Shown here: positions 12,301-25,420 of the stretch, in pieces | Layout of the letters: the number at the start of each line of letters is the position of its first letter | How positions within the stretch are numbered: position 1 is the first letter of the stretch | Assembly (NCBI GenBank): GCA_965637545.1 | Contig: OZ281496.1 | Coordinates: 8,370,001 to 8,434,000 of the forward strand | Reading direction: 5' to 3' | Source of the DNA: Phallusia mammillata | Taxonomy: Eukaryota | Length of the DNA stretch: 64,000 bases | Translations under genes and position numbers: made by a program | The notes under the pieces: generated by a model | The model's database searches: none | The model's input: only the letters and a program-made list of their open reading frames with translations | What the model was told of the DNA's origin: nothing

Positions 12301-14784
12301 CATTCAATAAAGGCCATTGTTTAGCAATGGAGACAGTCGATTCTCAATTCTACTTTGATTTAAACTTATTTAGTGGCACAAACTGAGGCCAAATAAGATT
12401 ATAGAATTACTTCAACCGCTTGGCGGTCCCCCTAAAATTGCCTCACGGACCCCTAAAGGACCGCGGACCCCAGTTTGGGAACCGCTGTTTTAATCCAATT
12501 GGGTCGCTATGCATTCTTTCATCCAGTAAAACAAACTAAACTCGACCATTTCACGGCAGTTACTAAATTTGACGCGACAATTTTCGATACAGTGAACGTT
12601 GGTTCAGTTGCAATCGAAACATTTTCTTTGTTTCATGCCGCAAAATGTATTTTTTGCCCTGCAATTGGCCTCATAGTAACGTTGTTTTAACGGGGAAAGT
12701 ATAAATTAGCACTTGTTGGTAACAACGTGTATCCCTTCGTTCATATAGCTTGAGGTAGTTTGTTTTCGTTTTGAAAGTGTTCAATATATTATTACTCTAT
12801 TGTTAGGAGCTAACTACACAACAAACTCACCTTATGGTCAAATCTTTTTCGCTGCATTTCACTGCTTGCTGCATGTCTAAAAAAATCCACAATAATCAAT
12901 AATCATTCTCTAACTTACAACAAGCAGTTAAACCAAAACAATTAAAATTTAGCTGATTGTTTTCCGTTCCGACCAGTTTGGCTGCATTTGGTTACTTTAA
13001 CCTTGCAACACAGCCTCTTTAAGTGAGTGGTTTTCAACCTGTGGGACGTAACCCATTGGGGGCGTTAGCCATTTTAACTGGGAGTCGTGAAGGCCGATAA
13101 ATGGTATCAAACATTAGTATTCATAAAATCCAACCGTTTGATTTACACTTGCCATGTAGTGAACTATGACTATAAAAAACAAATGCCTTATCACGTTGCT
13201 ATTACGAAGAAATGTTAATGCAAGTGACCCCGGCGCGTGTAAGTGTCGGACATGCGTTTTGGGTCGGGTTCGGTTTCAGCATTATACTTTTGGGTTCGGG
13301 CCGGGTTCAAACTCGAATTTGTGCTCACTGACCCACACACAGATGGCAAACTTGATCTCAGAAGCGGCATGAGATCAAAACCCGCGATAAAAAGAAAAAA
13401 ATTCACTCACCTTGTAGATTTTACTGTCGCATTAAATTTAAAACAAACAGTTTTTTACATACTTTCTTCTAGGACCACAGTTGCATTAAACCCCATTCCG
13501 CCAACATTTCTGTCACTGAGAAACATAACAGTGAGACTTGTTGCGTTAACTCGGTGTTCAAATTCTTGAAGTAATCCACTAAGTACCTCCATACGATTAT
13601 TGTCGATCTTGAACTGAATAAAAAGTTGTAAATTATCAATTAATGTAAAACTATCAGAAAGCTTGGTCGGTTTTCTGTCCGAATGGGCTACATTTCGTTA
13701 TCAAGTTGCAGTGTAATTTTAATAACAGTAGTTTAGATGATGTCTTTCGAGTTTTAGGTCAACTAGATTTGGGTTAGATTTCACAATGTTTTGGCGGTTT
13801 CCAAGCACTAATTGGCGACCCCACACCCAATGAATAGAGTGTCAAAAACAATGACTTTTTTATTTAAAAGCAATAGGTAAAGGAACCGCTCTCATTATTT
13901 GAACTGGAACGTAATAATTGACTTACCAATAACATGTCATAAGTGGATTCAAGGTCAAAGGCTGAGAATTGAAACAACAAGGACTTTCTGGTATCGAGTT
14001 GAAAATTCCATGTGCACACATGATAAGGAGGGTAGTCGCTTGGAAAGTTTGGAGACATGAAATTAAACACTGGTCCAGTTACTTCTTCCCCACACAAATT
14101 TGCTGAAATGTAACAGAACGAACGCAATGAAAGCTGCTTGATTCGGACCTGACTTTTCGCTCGTTTCGCAACTTTAAGGTAAATCTATATATTTTCTTAC
14201 CTTGAAGAATTCTGAAATTCACCCTTTCTGTTGTATAGTTTGTTACACATTGAATGAAGGCTCTAGGGCCGGTCAAGACCACGGGAAAAGACGGGCCTCC
14301 TCCCTGCAAAATCCCCACGAAATTGCCTGTGTTGTCAGTTCCCTCGTAAACCTAGATAATGAAAAAGAGATTTCGGTTTCAGATTGGATTTATATATGAT
14401 TCTCGGAGTCTCGGGGTCTCGTGGAGCCGCTTGGCATCGGGTTGTCGGAGTCTCGGGGTCTCCGAAGTAATAGTAAAGTGTTATAAAACGATAGTTGAAA
14501 GTAAACATGTTGTGGCGATATGAAGTCACTCAAACCCAGCATTGTAAACTAAAATAAGATTCTTATCAACCCCAGTAAGTGCGAACGTAGGCGATTGTGC
14601 AGTTTTGAAGGGAAATTTACCTTACAGAAGTTATCTGCTGCCAGCTCGGCTGCTCGTGTATAGGCGACCATTTTGGCGGAACCAAGAGTTGAAGTAAATC
14701 GAAGGTTGAAACCGTCACATGATGGTTCAATGTAGTCCACATACTCATGGTATGTCGACGTTACATTGCACTGAGCATCAGAAA
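9301..14784 (-). CDS. CUB + zona pellucida (ZP) domain single-pass membrane protein, CUZD1-like architecture, paralog A; first (signal peptide) exon not firmly placed
   Basis: Exons 14784-14621, 14351-14201, 14102-13927, 13613-13463, 12876-12831, 11752-11587, 11421-11264, 10875-10704, 10518-10448, 10370-10181, 9953-9845, 9455-9301, all GT-AG and in phase. CUB: CGEEVTGPVFNFMSPNFPSDYPPYHVCTW...GMGFNAT. ZP-N: AVKCSEKDL...NKLNVTCLF. ZP-C: LEECWAT...FATFKVMSF...IYIHCDVTVC. Dibasic GRRS at the usual ZP cleavage position, then TM LGMFVLLAAVVMVAGYLVW and stop at 9301. Confidence 0.87.
12066..12487. mobile_element. hAT-type MITE in an intron of CUB-ZP paralog A
   Basis: TIRs CAGTGGTTCCCAAAC / GTTTGGGAACCGCTG with a perfect 8-bp TSD TTTTAATC on both sides. 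Confidence 0.9.
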
Positions 14785-16692
14785 CTAAAATGTATTTGCA
14801 ATGTCAGAGGAAATATGAAGTTTGTCACAACCAAGCATTTCATCAAACTCGTATATGTGAATTAAACAAATAGGTTTTCAAAGTATTAGCCTGCATAGAG
14901 TTTGACTGGCTTAGTATGGACATTCGTCAAAGCTTCGGATAATTTGCCGAATCAACCGAATTAAATTTGACGTCACCCTGCGATTCTGACGTAATTACAT
15001 GAATTTTGCTGAAAAGTACCGTATTTACTCGATTGTTAGCCGCACAAACACGGAGGGTAAAACACCTTATTAGGTCAATACCGAAGTTTTTATAAAATGC
15101 CTAAGCGAAAACTTTATTCCAGTACTATTTTGTTTAGATTCTGCTTGCGAAAAGTTTAATCGGATTATTGTACTCATTGACAAAAATGGGTATTATAGCA
15201 GCCCAAGTTTTAAAGCAAGAAGTGCTATTACAATGTAGCGACTCAATTGCATCCAATTAACTTACCTCCGTGTAATAAACTTAGACTGGATAGAACAGGG
15301 CAATTTTGACAAGTCGACTTGCCATTTTTAACGGTTTTATCAAAAAAACTGTTATTAAATATAAAAGTTATAGCTACAAACATATGACCAGCGTTAATTG
15401 CAAACTAACAAATTTAAATGAGTATCAAACGATTCCCCCAGTCGTGTTTACCCACAATGGACCGACTTCCCTTTCCATAACGTTTGACCGTTACGCATCT
15501 ATTTCCAGGTTGGTGACTATTCGGTGCGATTGTGTCGCTATGTTTTGCTTGACCAAGCGAAATAAACTCAATGGTTTCACCCACGAGTTTTTACCTGATT
15601 GCACGGTTCGTGGCCTAAAGTTTTACGAAGTACACTTTTCAGTTGTTGCAGTCTTTCGTTTATTTTTTGTAAAATATCTTATCTTAAGTAAGGTATTTTA
15701 TGTGTATTGTATAACCACGGGGATTTTTATGCTTTATGGTGAAAGTAACGGCCCAAATAGACGTAAAAAGCGACATGCTTATATATTTCAAACGTTTCGG
15801 CAAATGCTCATGCCATCATCATTTTTATGTTTTTTGTAGATAGTGGTGATGTTATATATACGCACACATATGCATATATAACTTACAATCTTAACGACAA
15901 ATAATTTTTTTTCATGTAAGTTGCTTAAATCTAAACGATAAGAACTACACTTAAAACAAGAATAACTTTTGATCAAACAACATTTTGAAACCACTTACTT
16001 TTGTGTAGCAAACTCATCGAGAGGACAAAAAGAGCAAACTTTAGGAGTCGAAGTGACATTTTTTACCGTTTTTTTTTTTCAAATGATTAACTGTACTAAC
16101 TAATCAACTGCCAAAATATGATCAGAATATAATACAAATTATACCAATTTCACACCCAACACTTTCATTTATGTTGCGCAAATGCAAATGTTTTTGAATA
16201 CATCACTAAAATACTATTTGTACAGTACAAAAGCTCGTATCCAACCTTCTTACAACTAAATACATTTGTTTTCGGCAGAGCTGATATTATAAAGCTACCT
16301 CTATGCTAAAACCTTTCTAATGTGCCAAGCGGGTTTCCTCATCTGCGTTATAACATACAGTGGCCTATTTAAGACTTACAACCATAAACACCGCAAGTCC
16401 CGTAACACAACGCAGGTGATTCAAACCGGATCTATACAGTTGCGTCGCTTTTCCTGTTAGCGATGCCGCTACATCTAACTGTGTTAAACGAGTATTATGT
16501 ACCCAACACGAGTCTACAGCGTTCTTTTTGATACACTGTGCTGGAACAAAATGTAGATAATGTACATTTACTGAAAATCGCTTCAGCACTACCAACAATA
16601 CCAATGGTGCTTCTGAACTGGCGTTTCAACAGCTTGAAACCCATTTACCAATTAGTTTGCCAGATAGTATTTTGCAACTGTTGTTTGCTTAA

Positions 16693-17175
16693 CACTTTCA
16701 GTGGGGCCAGCAATCACCCAAACATGCGTTCTGTGCGGGCTTTTGTTAATTATTTCAATTATTGCGCACAATTGCATGGTCTTGTCTGCTGCAAGGTCTC
16801 AACAGCATCAATAACGAACTACAATGGAAATAATGTTACAACTTATGGACAATAAAATCTAATGCACAATAATTTACTACTAAAACTTATGCACAATGAT
16901 TACACAGTGTAACTACCTCAAGCATTTGTTAGAAAAGTCAGCATTGTTACATTGTTATAAAACAAGACTCCTTTCACATAACCAAGTTTAACGCCCGCCA
17001 AGCGTCGCCCTAGACACGCGCCGATCACGCATTTATGGCGTGGGCTATTTGGTATCGACGTACATTAACGGTCAGCCGCATTTATGAGCAGAAATATTTG
17101 ACGTTAAGTAACGTCAAGCCGCACTCTGCGCAAAACGTCTTTTGACATAGATTTACGTCTACCGCACTGAAAGTG
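16693..17175. mobile_element. piggyBac-like non-autonomous element (MITE)
   Basis: Termini CACTTTCAGTG / CACTGAAAGTG (11-bp inverted match), each flanked by TTAA. Confidence 0.6.
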
Positions 17176-18169
17176 TTAAAGGATGAAAAATTATAAAACT
17201 AGAAAATAGTAACATATAACGTCAAAAAATGTGAAACAGTGAGAAAAATTAACACAACAAACAGAAAGAGCCCAACAAACATATATTTTCCGCCCGGTGG
17301 ACCGATTACATGAAAAAACAGCAAGTATTTTTTTAGGAGAATAAGAATTGCTAGTAGAAAAAAGCTATTTAGTTAAATTAAGTTAATAAACGACATTAAG
17401 TTAAATATTAGCGTTCTTTGTATCAAGGACTTCCTATCCAATCAAATTGTTTGATTGAGTGCATTAGAGGCCTCGATGTAGCAGATTACGTGGTACGTGC
17501 TTTTGTTACTGTCCGTTTTTCAAACATTTTCTGTCACACATTGCGTGGCACCTTTTGGTCGGTGGCTTACTCAAAATTTGCTTGACCCTCTAAGATGCTT
17601 GCTAAATAAGCACGAGGTATTTAACCAATACAGTAACCAACCAAATCTAATTTTCAAACCGAACCCCTTTGATGCGGTGCAAAGCGCTGTGATTCTGCTG
17701 CTTGAAGAAAAATGTTTTACTGAAGCAGTGGTTCCCTACCTGTGGTATATCGTAGATTTTGGTTTTCAATTTCCATAATTAAATATCTACAGTAGCACTA
17801 TAAATCAGGTATTCTGTCCCTTACTATTTTCAGCCCCATTCAGTAACACAATGCCTTAAAAAAGCGACCGCTAGGTTGTGCAGCAGAGTGCACGTTGTAG
17901 AGAATTGGGGGATCTTTCCAATAACACTTGCGGAACATATTTTTACTGGAATTGGTAGCTGGCTGGTTTCAGAAATATTCTAGTCTGGTCGGAAAAATAG
18001 GCCTATATCTTGGTCTTCGCATTCAAACAAGGTTTCGGTGGTATGCAGCGATAGAGAATGTCGTCAGATGGTACGCGATTAGTATATGGTTGAGAAGTTT
18101 TGTACTTTTTTTAGGAATCAATATGCTCTACTTGCAAAAAAATACAACGAGACTGGATGTGGTTTAGAG

Positions 18170-19081
18170 CAGTGCTCTTCAACCTTTTTTCCCGTTGTAT
18201 ACCTTTTACAATTTGCAAGCAACTTTGTATACCCTACACATAGCAATTTATAATTGTGCACAGAAAGTAACAGTCTACCAATAGGTACTTGCCTGGTCGC
18301 GTGAATTATTGTTATACAAGGCCAGGAGTAGACAACCAGTGGCCGTGAACATGTAAACTGAAATATTTGGATTTGCAAAACTAGTTTGAGGGGCTGGAAA
18401 AAATATTAACAGCCCAGAAGCCGCATGTTTGAGACTTTTTGTAAGCCTATTATGGGTAAACAATGTGAAAACAGGCATCATTAGCGTCGCAATTTCGATG
18501 GTGACGTTATAAACAGTAAAGTCTGATCCCTAGACTGTTCTACGTAACAAGCTAGAATTTAAATTGGCTATCAGGCACTATTAATAAGGATTTACGATGC
18601 GGTCGTCACAGCGGAAAGGTTGTGCACCCCCTGTGCTACGTCCAGGAAATTTAGCATACAAAAGTGTGTAAACCTAAGAAGTTGATTTAATGGCTGGCTT
18701 GTTGCTACATTCTTTCAGCGATTTGGACATGTGGTGTGGTGTTGACTTGTTCTCAAAACATTTTTTTGTATTCGCAATCCTTTACTCCAGGGATGTTAAA
18801 AGTAAAATTTCAGAAAGTACATTGTTCAACCATAACAGATACTCCAGGTATGTGCTTATTCGCTTCATAATTCGCATGATTGACGCAACAATCGCAACCT
18901 GACGCAATAATATTTACAACAAGCAGGTCAGTCTCACATAGGTCACCAGCATGCTATGTCTTCCTGCATTTTTAACACTGACCACAGCTGTACTCCCTTC
19001 GTATACCTTTCTTCAGTCGTATACCCTAGTTTTAATGTGGTATACACTTGGGTATACAGTATACCCGGTTGAAGAGCACTG
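18170..19081. mobile_element. hAT-type non-autonomous element
   Basis: 15-bp perfect TIR CAGTGCTCTTCAACC / GGTTGAAGAGCACTG with a perfect 8-bp TSD GTTTAGAG. Confidence 0.9.
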
Positions 19082-19836
19082 GTTTAGAGAGAAAAATAAG
19101 ACTAAGCACTTTTTCAGGCTACACGTTTAACGCACAAAATCAACTAATTTCCTCCAGTTATTTTGTCATTGTAAATAACGCAAATGAAAGGCTGGATGTA
19201 GAGACCACCAGATGTCGTCTTGTGTTTTAAATGCGTTGTAAAGTACACACGAGGTTTGAAACGCCTGCTTGTCGTTAAAATCCTTAGTCAGCGTTGCTTT
19301 TTTTTAAGTTGCTTCCCGTCGTAGATGAACAATATATTTCTCGTTCTAAATCCTCCAGTTTGTTCGGAGCAACAAGCTACAAACCCATGCCTCACCTAGT
19401 CTGTGCGATGCCACAACTGGGCATACAGCACAAGTGTTTGTACATGAAACACGAAAATCGTTACCATGATTAATAGTAAAGAACAGTTTCCTGCATATAA
19501 TAAGGACCCTCAAACAGCAAAATCTGTTAAAACAGTATATTAAAACTTGTTTGCCACTGTATTTTATACCACTTTTTGCAGGGGAGTTTGTTGTGCTACA
19601 AGGCACTTGTTTGCGTTTCGGCATAAGAAAAAAAATGCTACAAATGTTTGCTACAAATCTTGGAAAAATATCGCTTATTTCTTGAGTACAAAAAAGTTTT
19701 TTTTTTTTTTTTTAAATCCATGCTTATGTATTATAGACCAAACAATTCGTCGAATGCACGTAGAAGCAGATTCTAGAACAAGAAATCTTTGTTGTGTGGA
19801 CCGTCGACCATGTTGTTTATGCTAATAATTAAGAAT

Positions 19837-19999
19837 AAAGTAATTTAATCATAAACATTACTGCCAAGGTACTGATGTATATAGAATACAGCGTTCTGAC
19901 GTTTCGACAATCTCTGTTGTCATCATCAGTGCAACGTCTGAACGATGTATTCTATGTACACCAGTACCTTGGCAGTAATGTTCATGATTAAATTACTTT
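19837..19999 (-). repeat. Fold-back palindrome (arms of about 60 bp) enclosing a minimal hammerhead-ribozyme core of the Penelope/retrozyme type
   Basis: Arms 19837-19896 and 19940-19999 are near-perfect reverse complements. The loop on the minus strand (19929-19898) reads CTGATGA-T-GACAA-cagaga-TTGTC-GAAAC-GTC. Confidence 0.7.
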
Positions 20000-22488
20000 T
20001 TAAGTGCGTGTATAGTGTTTCTAAGAATAAAGTAATTTGTTAATTTCTGCAGAACGTAAATTGATCCAAGATATTAGTGACATATTAGGTGACCGCTAGA
20101 TGCTGCGAAAGAGTCCATATTGAAAAGGGATAATGGAAGTATCCAACAAGACGTGCGGGACAAGCTGTTATTTCACAGATCATAATTTTCAAACTTTATG
20201 AAGAGCAAAACTTTTCGTGTTGATATTCTGTACAAGCTACATCCAAATCCGATAGGAAGGAGCTAAAGAAAAGGCTGACCTGCGTCAGTTTAGATGAGGC
20301 TACGAAAATGACAAAGTGTTTGAGTTTAACTTGGAGCACAGGAACCTATAGAAAATTTAATAAAGGCTCGAAATAAAGTGTTTGTTTGTTTGTTTTTCTA
20401 ATCAAAAACGGTCGGACTTACAAAACTTCGCGACGCGGGTCAGCAAAGATGTATTTTCATAGTGTCCTCGGTTAACTGCGCCAACTTGAGATAAATGTAG
20501 AAAATAAACATATAACCCGGAATAGGACTTATAAAAAATAAGGAGTATATAACGGATCAGACAAGCGCCCGGTCCTTCCGCGGGGAAGCGACAAGCGAAA
20601 TCCCGCGAAAACCCTAACGACTCATAGGGGCTAAAGGAAAGACAAAAATAGTTAATCTGTTAAATATTCATAGATAGGAATGTGTCTTTACTGTATGGGC
20701 ACTAGAGTTGCTTACGTTAATCATAATTAGTATTTTCGTTTGGAGACCCAATACAGGTTTGTCTTCTTTATAATACCTATTGTAAAATACAACACGTTTA
20801 CGCCCTCGCTCATTTCAGGATACTTAAAATACATCTTGCTCTCGCAGATCTGTCTTCAAAAGACCAGCCTACTCGAGACGAGCAAGCTTATGTAAAGCAA
20901 CATAACCCCTTTATTGCATGCTCGTCGGCGTCAATCGACTCTCGCAACCTGATCGCGCTGGAGCCGATCGTGGCGAGGGTAGTATTACACCGGCGAATAA
21001 AAGTGTCCCTAACGGATTAATCAGTATCTTGGATGTACCGGATATCAAGAATTCACGTGCAGCTGCAATAAGCGACAATTATACAGTAACAGCATTAATG
21101 AAATCCTGTTTATAGAACGTTTGAATTGTTTACGGTTACAACTTAATTAGCCCTAAATTACTTTTCAGCAGTATTAATTACATAATGTTGCATCTCAAGC
21201 CGAACGCTGCGAATGTGTCAAGATGCACCCGAACACACTGAGGCCTACTTAGGGATTGTCGGCTCAAACCATCGCAAACCCGAGGGCTCTGTAAAATGCA
21301 TTATTAATCATATATGTCCGGGTGTCAAACAGTTCTACTCGTGTGGGGTAACTTATATTGCCACGCTTTCAAACCCGTCTTTTGCACTGATACTGCAATT
21401 CGGAGTTATACATTTGAATTACCTGGCGTATAGCCCTACAACATGCACTGCAAATGGTTGATGACACACATATCCTTAATATGTAACCGGTATCACTGAT
21501 AGTCCAGATACAATTAACTTGACTGGACAGACGGCCTTCTTAAGCAACAAAAATTGTCTTAACTTAGTTATTCACCCAACACGCATATATGTTTTACTTG
21601 TCAAAGTGACTTTAGTTAGCTTGCAGAAAAAAATAGCACTGGGTGCATTGATCAGCCCAGAAACAAATATAATTTAAGCCCCTTGGTGGGAATGCAGTAA
21701 TACACTTTATTTAAAATGCAAACTTCCCCGCAGATCGCACAACCGTTCATCAGCGAGCCGCAGGTTGCTCACCGCACTGACATAAACCATGCTGCAGTAC
21801 CATAATGCTTCTTAGCACGCAGTAGCTACCCAGAAATAGGTCACTGTTTGATTTGGTTTGATGCTCGGTTACTGTGCTTTGTCAAAAGCTATGGCTCATA
21901 TTCCAACCCCTTGAAATTCTAGTATGTTTATATGTCTGAAATGCAACAACAGCCGTTTTTGACTCCTGTGCAGCGATTTTTAAAAGAACTCAGGTTTGCT
22001 ACACTTGGCGCGTGTAAGTAATACGCCAAATGCCGCACGACATTTTTTTTCATTTTATCATAGTTCAATTTTCTTTTCTGACTTATCTGTTTCTAGCGAG
22101 AAAAAAAGTTGGCTAAAGGGTGAAAAGCACTGCTAATGTGATAAACGCTAATAGCAATGTTTAATTATTTTGACCTAAAATGTTTCCTAATGAGTGTACC
22201 CATATGTAAGATCCTTATCCGAAATTGTATTAAGCTTTCCGCAACCAGAATCAGCCTCCCAACTTTAGAACAACTTGCAAATTGAACTCAATTTATGCGT
22301 GTTTGGTAAACAATATTTAGCCTTCTTTTTTGACCTATCAGTAAACCGTTTTACATGGTCGTGTTCGCAAGTGGGTTATAACCCGCATAATTGACCAATC
22401 GGACGCTTGTTTGCTAAAGCGTGACGAACGCGCTAACGGCACGTATTTACATGCGACGCATTGCTGTCACTTTGTCTCATGAACAAAC

Positions 22489-24209
22489 ATGAACGGTACG
22501 GAAGCGGAAATGCTATTGCTACTGCAGCAATTTAGTAATCGTCGCACTCGACAAAGATTGAGACTTATTTGGATGTGTTTTGTAGAACACCTACAATTAA
22601 ATTTAAGGATAGGCCGTCCATGGATGTTGCCAAGGTTTGTTTTTATAAACTGCATTTTCTGTTGTTGTAATAAATTGGTACATTGCTTTAGTTGATCTTA
22701 CAAACCATTAAGTTACTTACATAGCACAGTTTGGTAGCAATAGCATTATTTTGTTGTGCTTGGACAAATAATTTGAGTTGTATCCTACATTCTTTAGATC
22801 TAACCATTGGTGGAACAGTATTGTTCCTGGTTTTAATGATGCCCAATGGGTGAACCACTTTCGTTTGCAGCACAGTGATTTCAGGGAACTTGTTTTAAAG
22901 TTGTGGATCGACATGAAGCCAGGTTTACTTAACTTGCCATTATAAGTGAGACTTTGTAATAAAACAAACTTGTTTTGTGTTCAGAAGATTATGTGGTAAG
23001 AAAGCCTATATCTACTGATAAGCGGGTTGCAATTGGAATTTTCAAACTAGCCTCAGCAGCAGAATATAGGACTGTTGGACAGTTATTTGGAGTTAGTGAT
23101 GCATCAGTGCACAATTGCTTAAAATGGTAAAAACACTGTTTGAAGTACTTAAGAGATGCCATTTTGTTACTGATTTAGACTTTTTCTTTAGGTTGTGTGA
23201 TGCATTGTGCAAACATATTTCCAAATTTATAAAAATGCCTGGACTGGAAGAAGCAGTTTCAATCGCCAATCAAATCAAAACAGAAAGCCATTTTCCACAG
23301 GTATAGTTGACTACTAAAATGACAAATGTGTATATTAGATGTTTTTTAGAATCCTTGCACTAATTAGACAAATATATTGGTACTATTTACAGGTGATTGG
23401 TGCCATGGATGGTTGCCACATCCCTGTCACAGCACCAAGGTTGGGAAAAAAAGATTACACAAATAGAAAAGGATGGGATTCCTTAATCCTGCAAGCTGTG
23501 GTTGATCATAAATATAGGTAAAACTGACATAATCTAAATAGTTCAAATTTCATTTACACTTAATGTAACTCCAAGTATTTTAGATGTAGAGATATCAGCG
23601 TAAAACTGCCTGGAAGTTGCCATGATGCCAGTGCTTTTAAGGAGTCATGTTTGTTTAAAAAGGCTGGACAGCTTCCAAATGTAAGTTCGCAATGTACATT
23701 AAACTACACTTAAAAATAAGTGCTCTAAGGTTTGTTTGAAAATTATGTTTTATTAGTTTCCTGCTGAAATTGAAGGAGTTACTGTTCCACTGATAATTTT
23801 GTGTGACCCTGCTTATTCACTACTACCATGGCTTATTAAGCCATACTCTGGATGCAACCTAAGTGAGGAGGAGGAATCCTTTAACTGCTACCACAGTTCA
23901 GTGCGCATCGTTGTAGAACATTCATTTGGTAAATTAAAGGCAAGGTGGCGCATTATGGGCAAGAAAATAGATGCAGAAATCAAATTTGCCCCTAAAATTA
24001 TTGCCTCATGCTGTATTTTGCACAATGTGTGTGAAAAAGCTAGAAGTCCCATCCCGGAGACCAATAGATCAGCGACACAAGGTGGTTTTTCTCAACCAGC
24101 AACTAGGATTTTTCAAAATGACTCCACAGAAGGCCGGGAGGTCCGTGAAGCTTTAAAACGTTTTGTTGTTAATAACCTTCCTCTGCGTAAGTCATCACGC
24201 TTTCTTTAA
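22489..24209 (+). CDS. Harbinger transposase (HARBI1/ALP1-like DDE nuclease), 7 exons, apparently intact
   Basis: Exons 22489-22634, 22798-22922, 22985-23126, 23192-23300, 23393-23517, 23584-23680, 23757-24209, GT-AG and in phase. Motifs RSNHWW, FRLQ, PISTDKRVAIGIFKLA...EYRTVGQLFGVS, GAMDGCHI, YTNRKGWDS, PGSCHDA, DPAY, RIVVEHSFGKLKARWR. Confidence 0.88.
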
Positions 24210-24253
24210 AATTGTATACATGCATTACAAGATCTAACTGTGTTTGTCACTTT

Positions 24254-25420
24254 TTATTTTCAAGAACACCAGCTAGTTTTAAAAACAATTCTTTGGTCAG
24301 CTGGCGGTCCTTTTCTGCCTCTTGCCTGAAAGCATCTATCATTTTAGAGACAGAGTCCTCATGTTCTGTACAAAATAAACTCCTTACTTGCTTGGGACTG
24401 TTCTTAAAAATGACAAATTGAAACCAATATATACATATTCAGTTTTGTAGAATAGGACTTTTTAAACCAGAAACTTACTACGCTTTCTAGTTGTTTTGGG
24501 ATTTGGGTCACTACTATCACTGGGTATACTGCACCCAGATGTGTCTGATGTAGATGCAGCTTCATCACTGGGTTCCAGTACTATAACTGCAAAAAAATGG
24601 GGAACAATATTGTGGGATGCTTATCACAGATTAGCCCAACAACACTAGCTACCTTCTTCTGCTGACTCGCTTGTATCATCTACTAAGCCAAATAACATTT
24701 AGTTTTTGTGAGATAACAACTTATTGCACTTGTAATACACACCATTTGTAAAGTCTATCTCTTCAGGCTCATAGCTGGAGTCAATTCCCTGACTATCATT
24801 CATAGCCTAAAATAAGACTGATTTATAATTAAACTACTACCTTAAAATGTTTCAATTTGTGACTAAACAACTTTCTCAAACAACACATCCTGACTTTTAT
24901 ATCACCTGGGCTCTTGGTCTTGACCCTAGTAAAAGGTTCATTTGATTGTAATGGGCCCATCTACTGGCATAAGCTGAGGACCCAGATACTGACAATTCCC
25001 TCTTCTTTTTATAATATAACCTCTTCAAGTTTTTCCATTTTTCTCATACCTGTTCACTGCACAACGAAAAAATTACTTGTAAGTGTTATTGCAAAAATTT
25101 ATCTATATTTGCAAAAATAGTTATATGTAAGTGATATTGCAAAAATTTATCTACACAACATGATCTCTACATTAAAGAAATATTGAAGCCGTATATGATA
25201 TTACACACCAATTATACACAATTTTGTCAAGAGATTTGACTTACCATGTAAAACAGACACCTTTTTCGGCCAACGTTGCTGAGACAGACTTAAAAATGGT
25301 GGCATTTCTTTGAGTTTTTCCATCAATTAATGGTAAAATGCCTTTGTCGTGAATTACAGCCAATAGCTCGTTTACATCAGACTCACTCCACAAAGTGGGT
25401 GACTTTCTTGGCTTCGCCAT
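24254..25420 (-). CDS. Myb/SANT (MADF)-like DNA-binding partner protein of the Harbinger element; spliced, internal exons not fully resolved
   Basis: First exon MAKPRKSPTLWSESDVNELLAVI...QRNATIFKSVSATLAEKG ends at a GT donor near 25241. Acidic Ser/Thr-rich middle exons. Last exon EHEDSVSKMIDAFRQEAEKDRQLTKELFLKLAGVLEK* is coiled-coil-like, with stop at 24254. Confidence 0.7.

Noticed and set aside
17865-17900. Recurrent GA(C/T)CGCTAG(G/A)TG motif (also about 20092, 31241, 37058, 48935) as a conserved CTCF-like site
   Set aside because: It is short, two copies are the LTR duplicate, flanks share little, and enrichment cannot be shown without a genome background.
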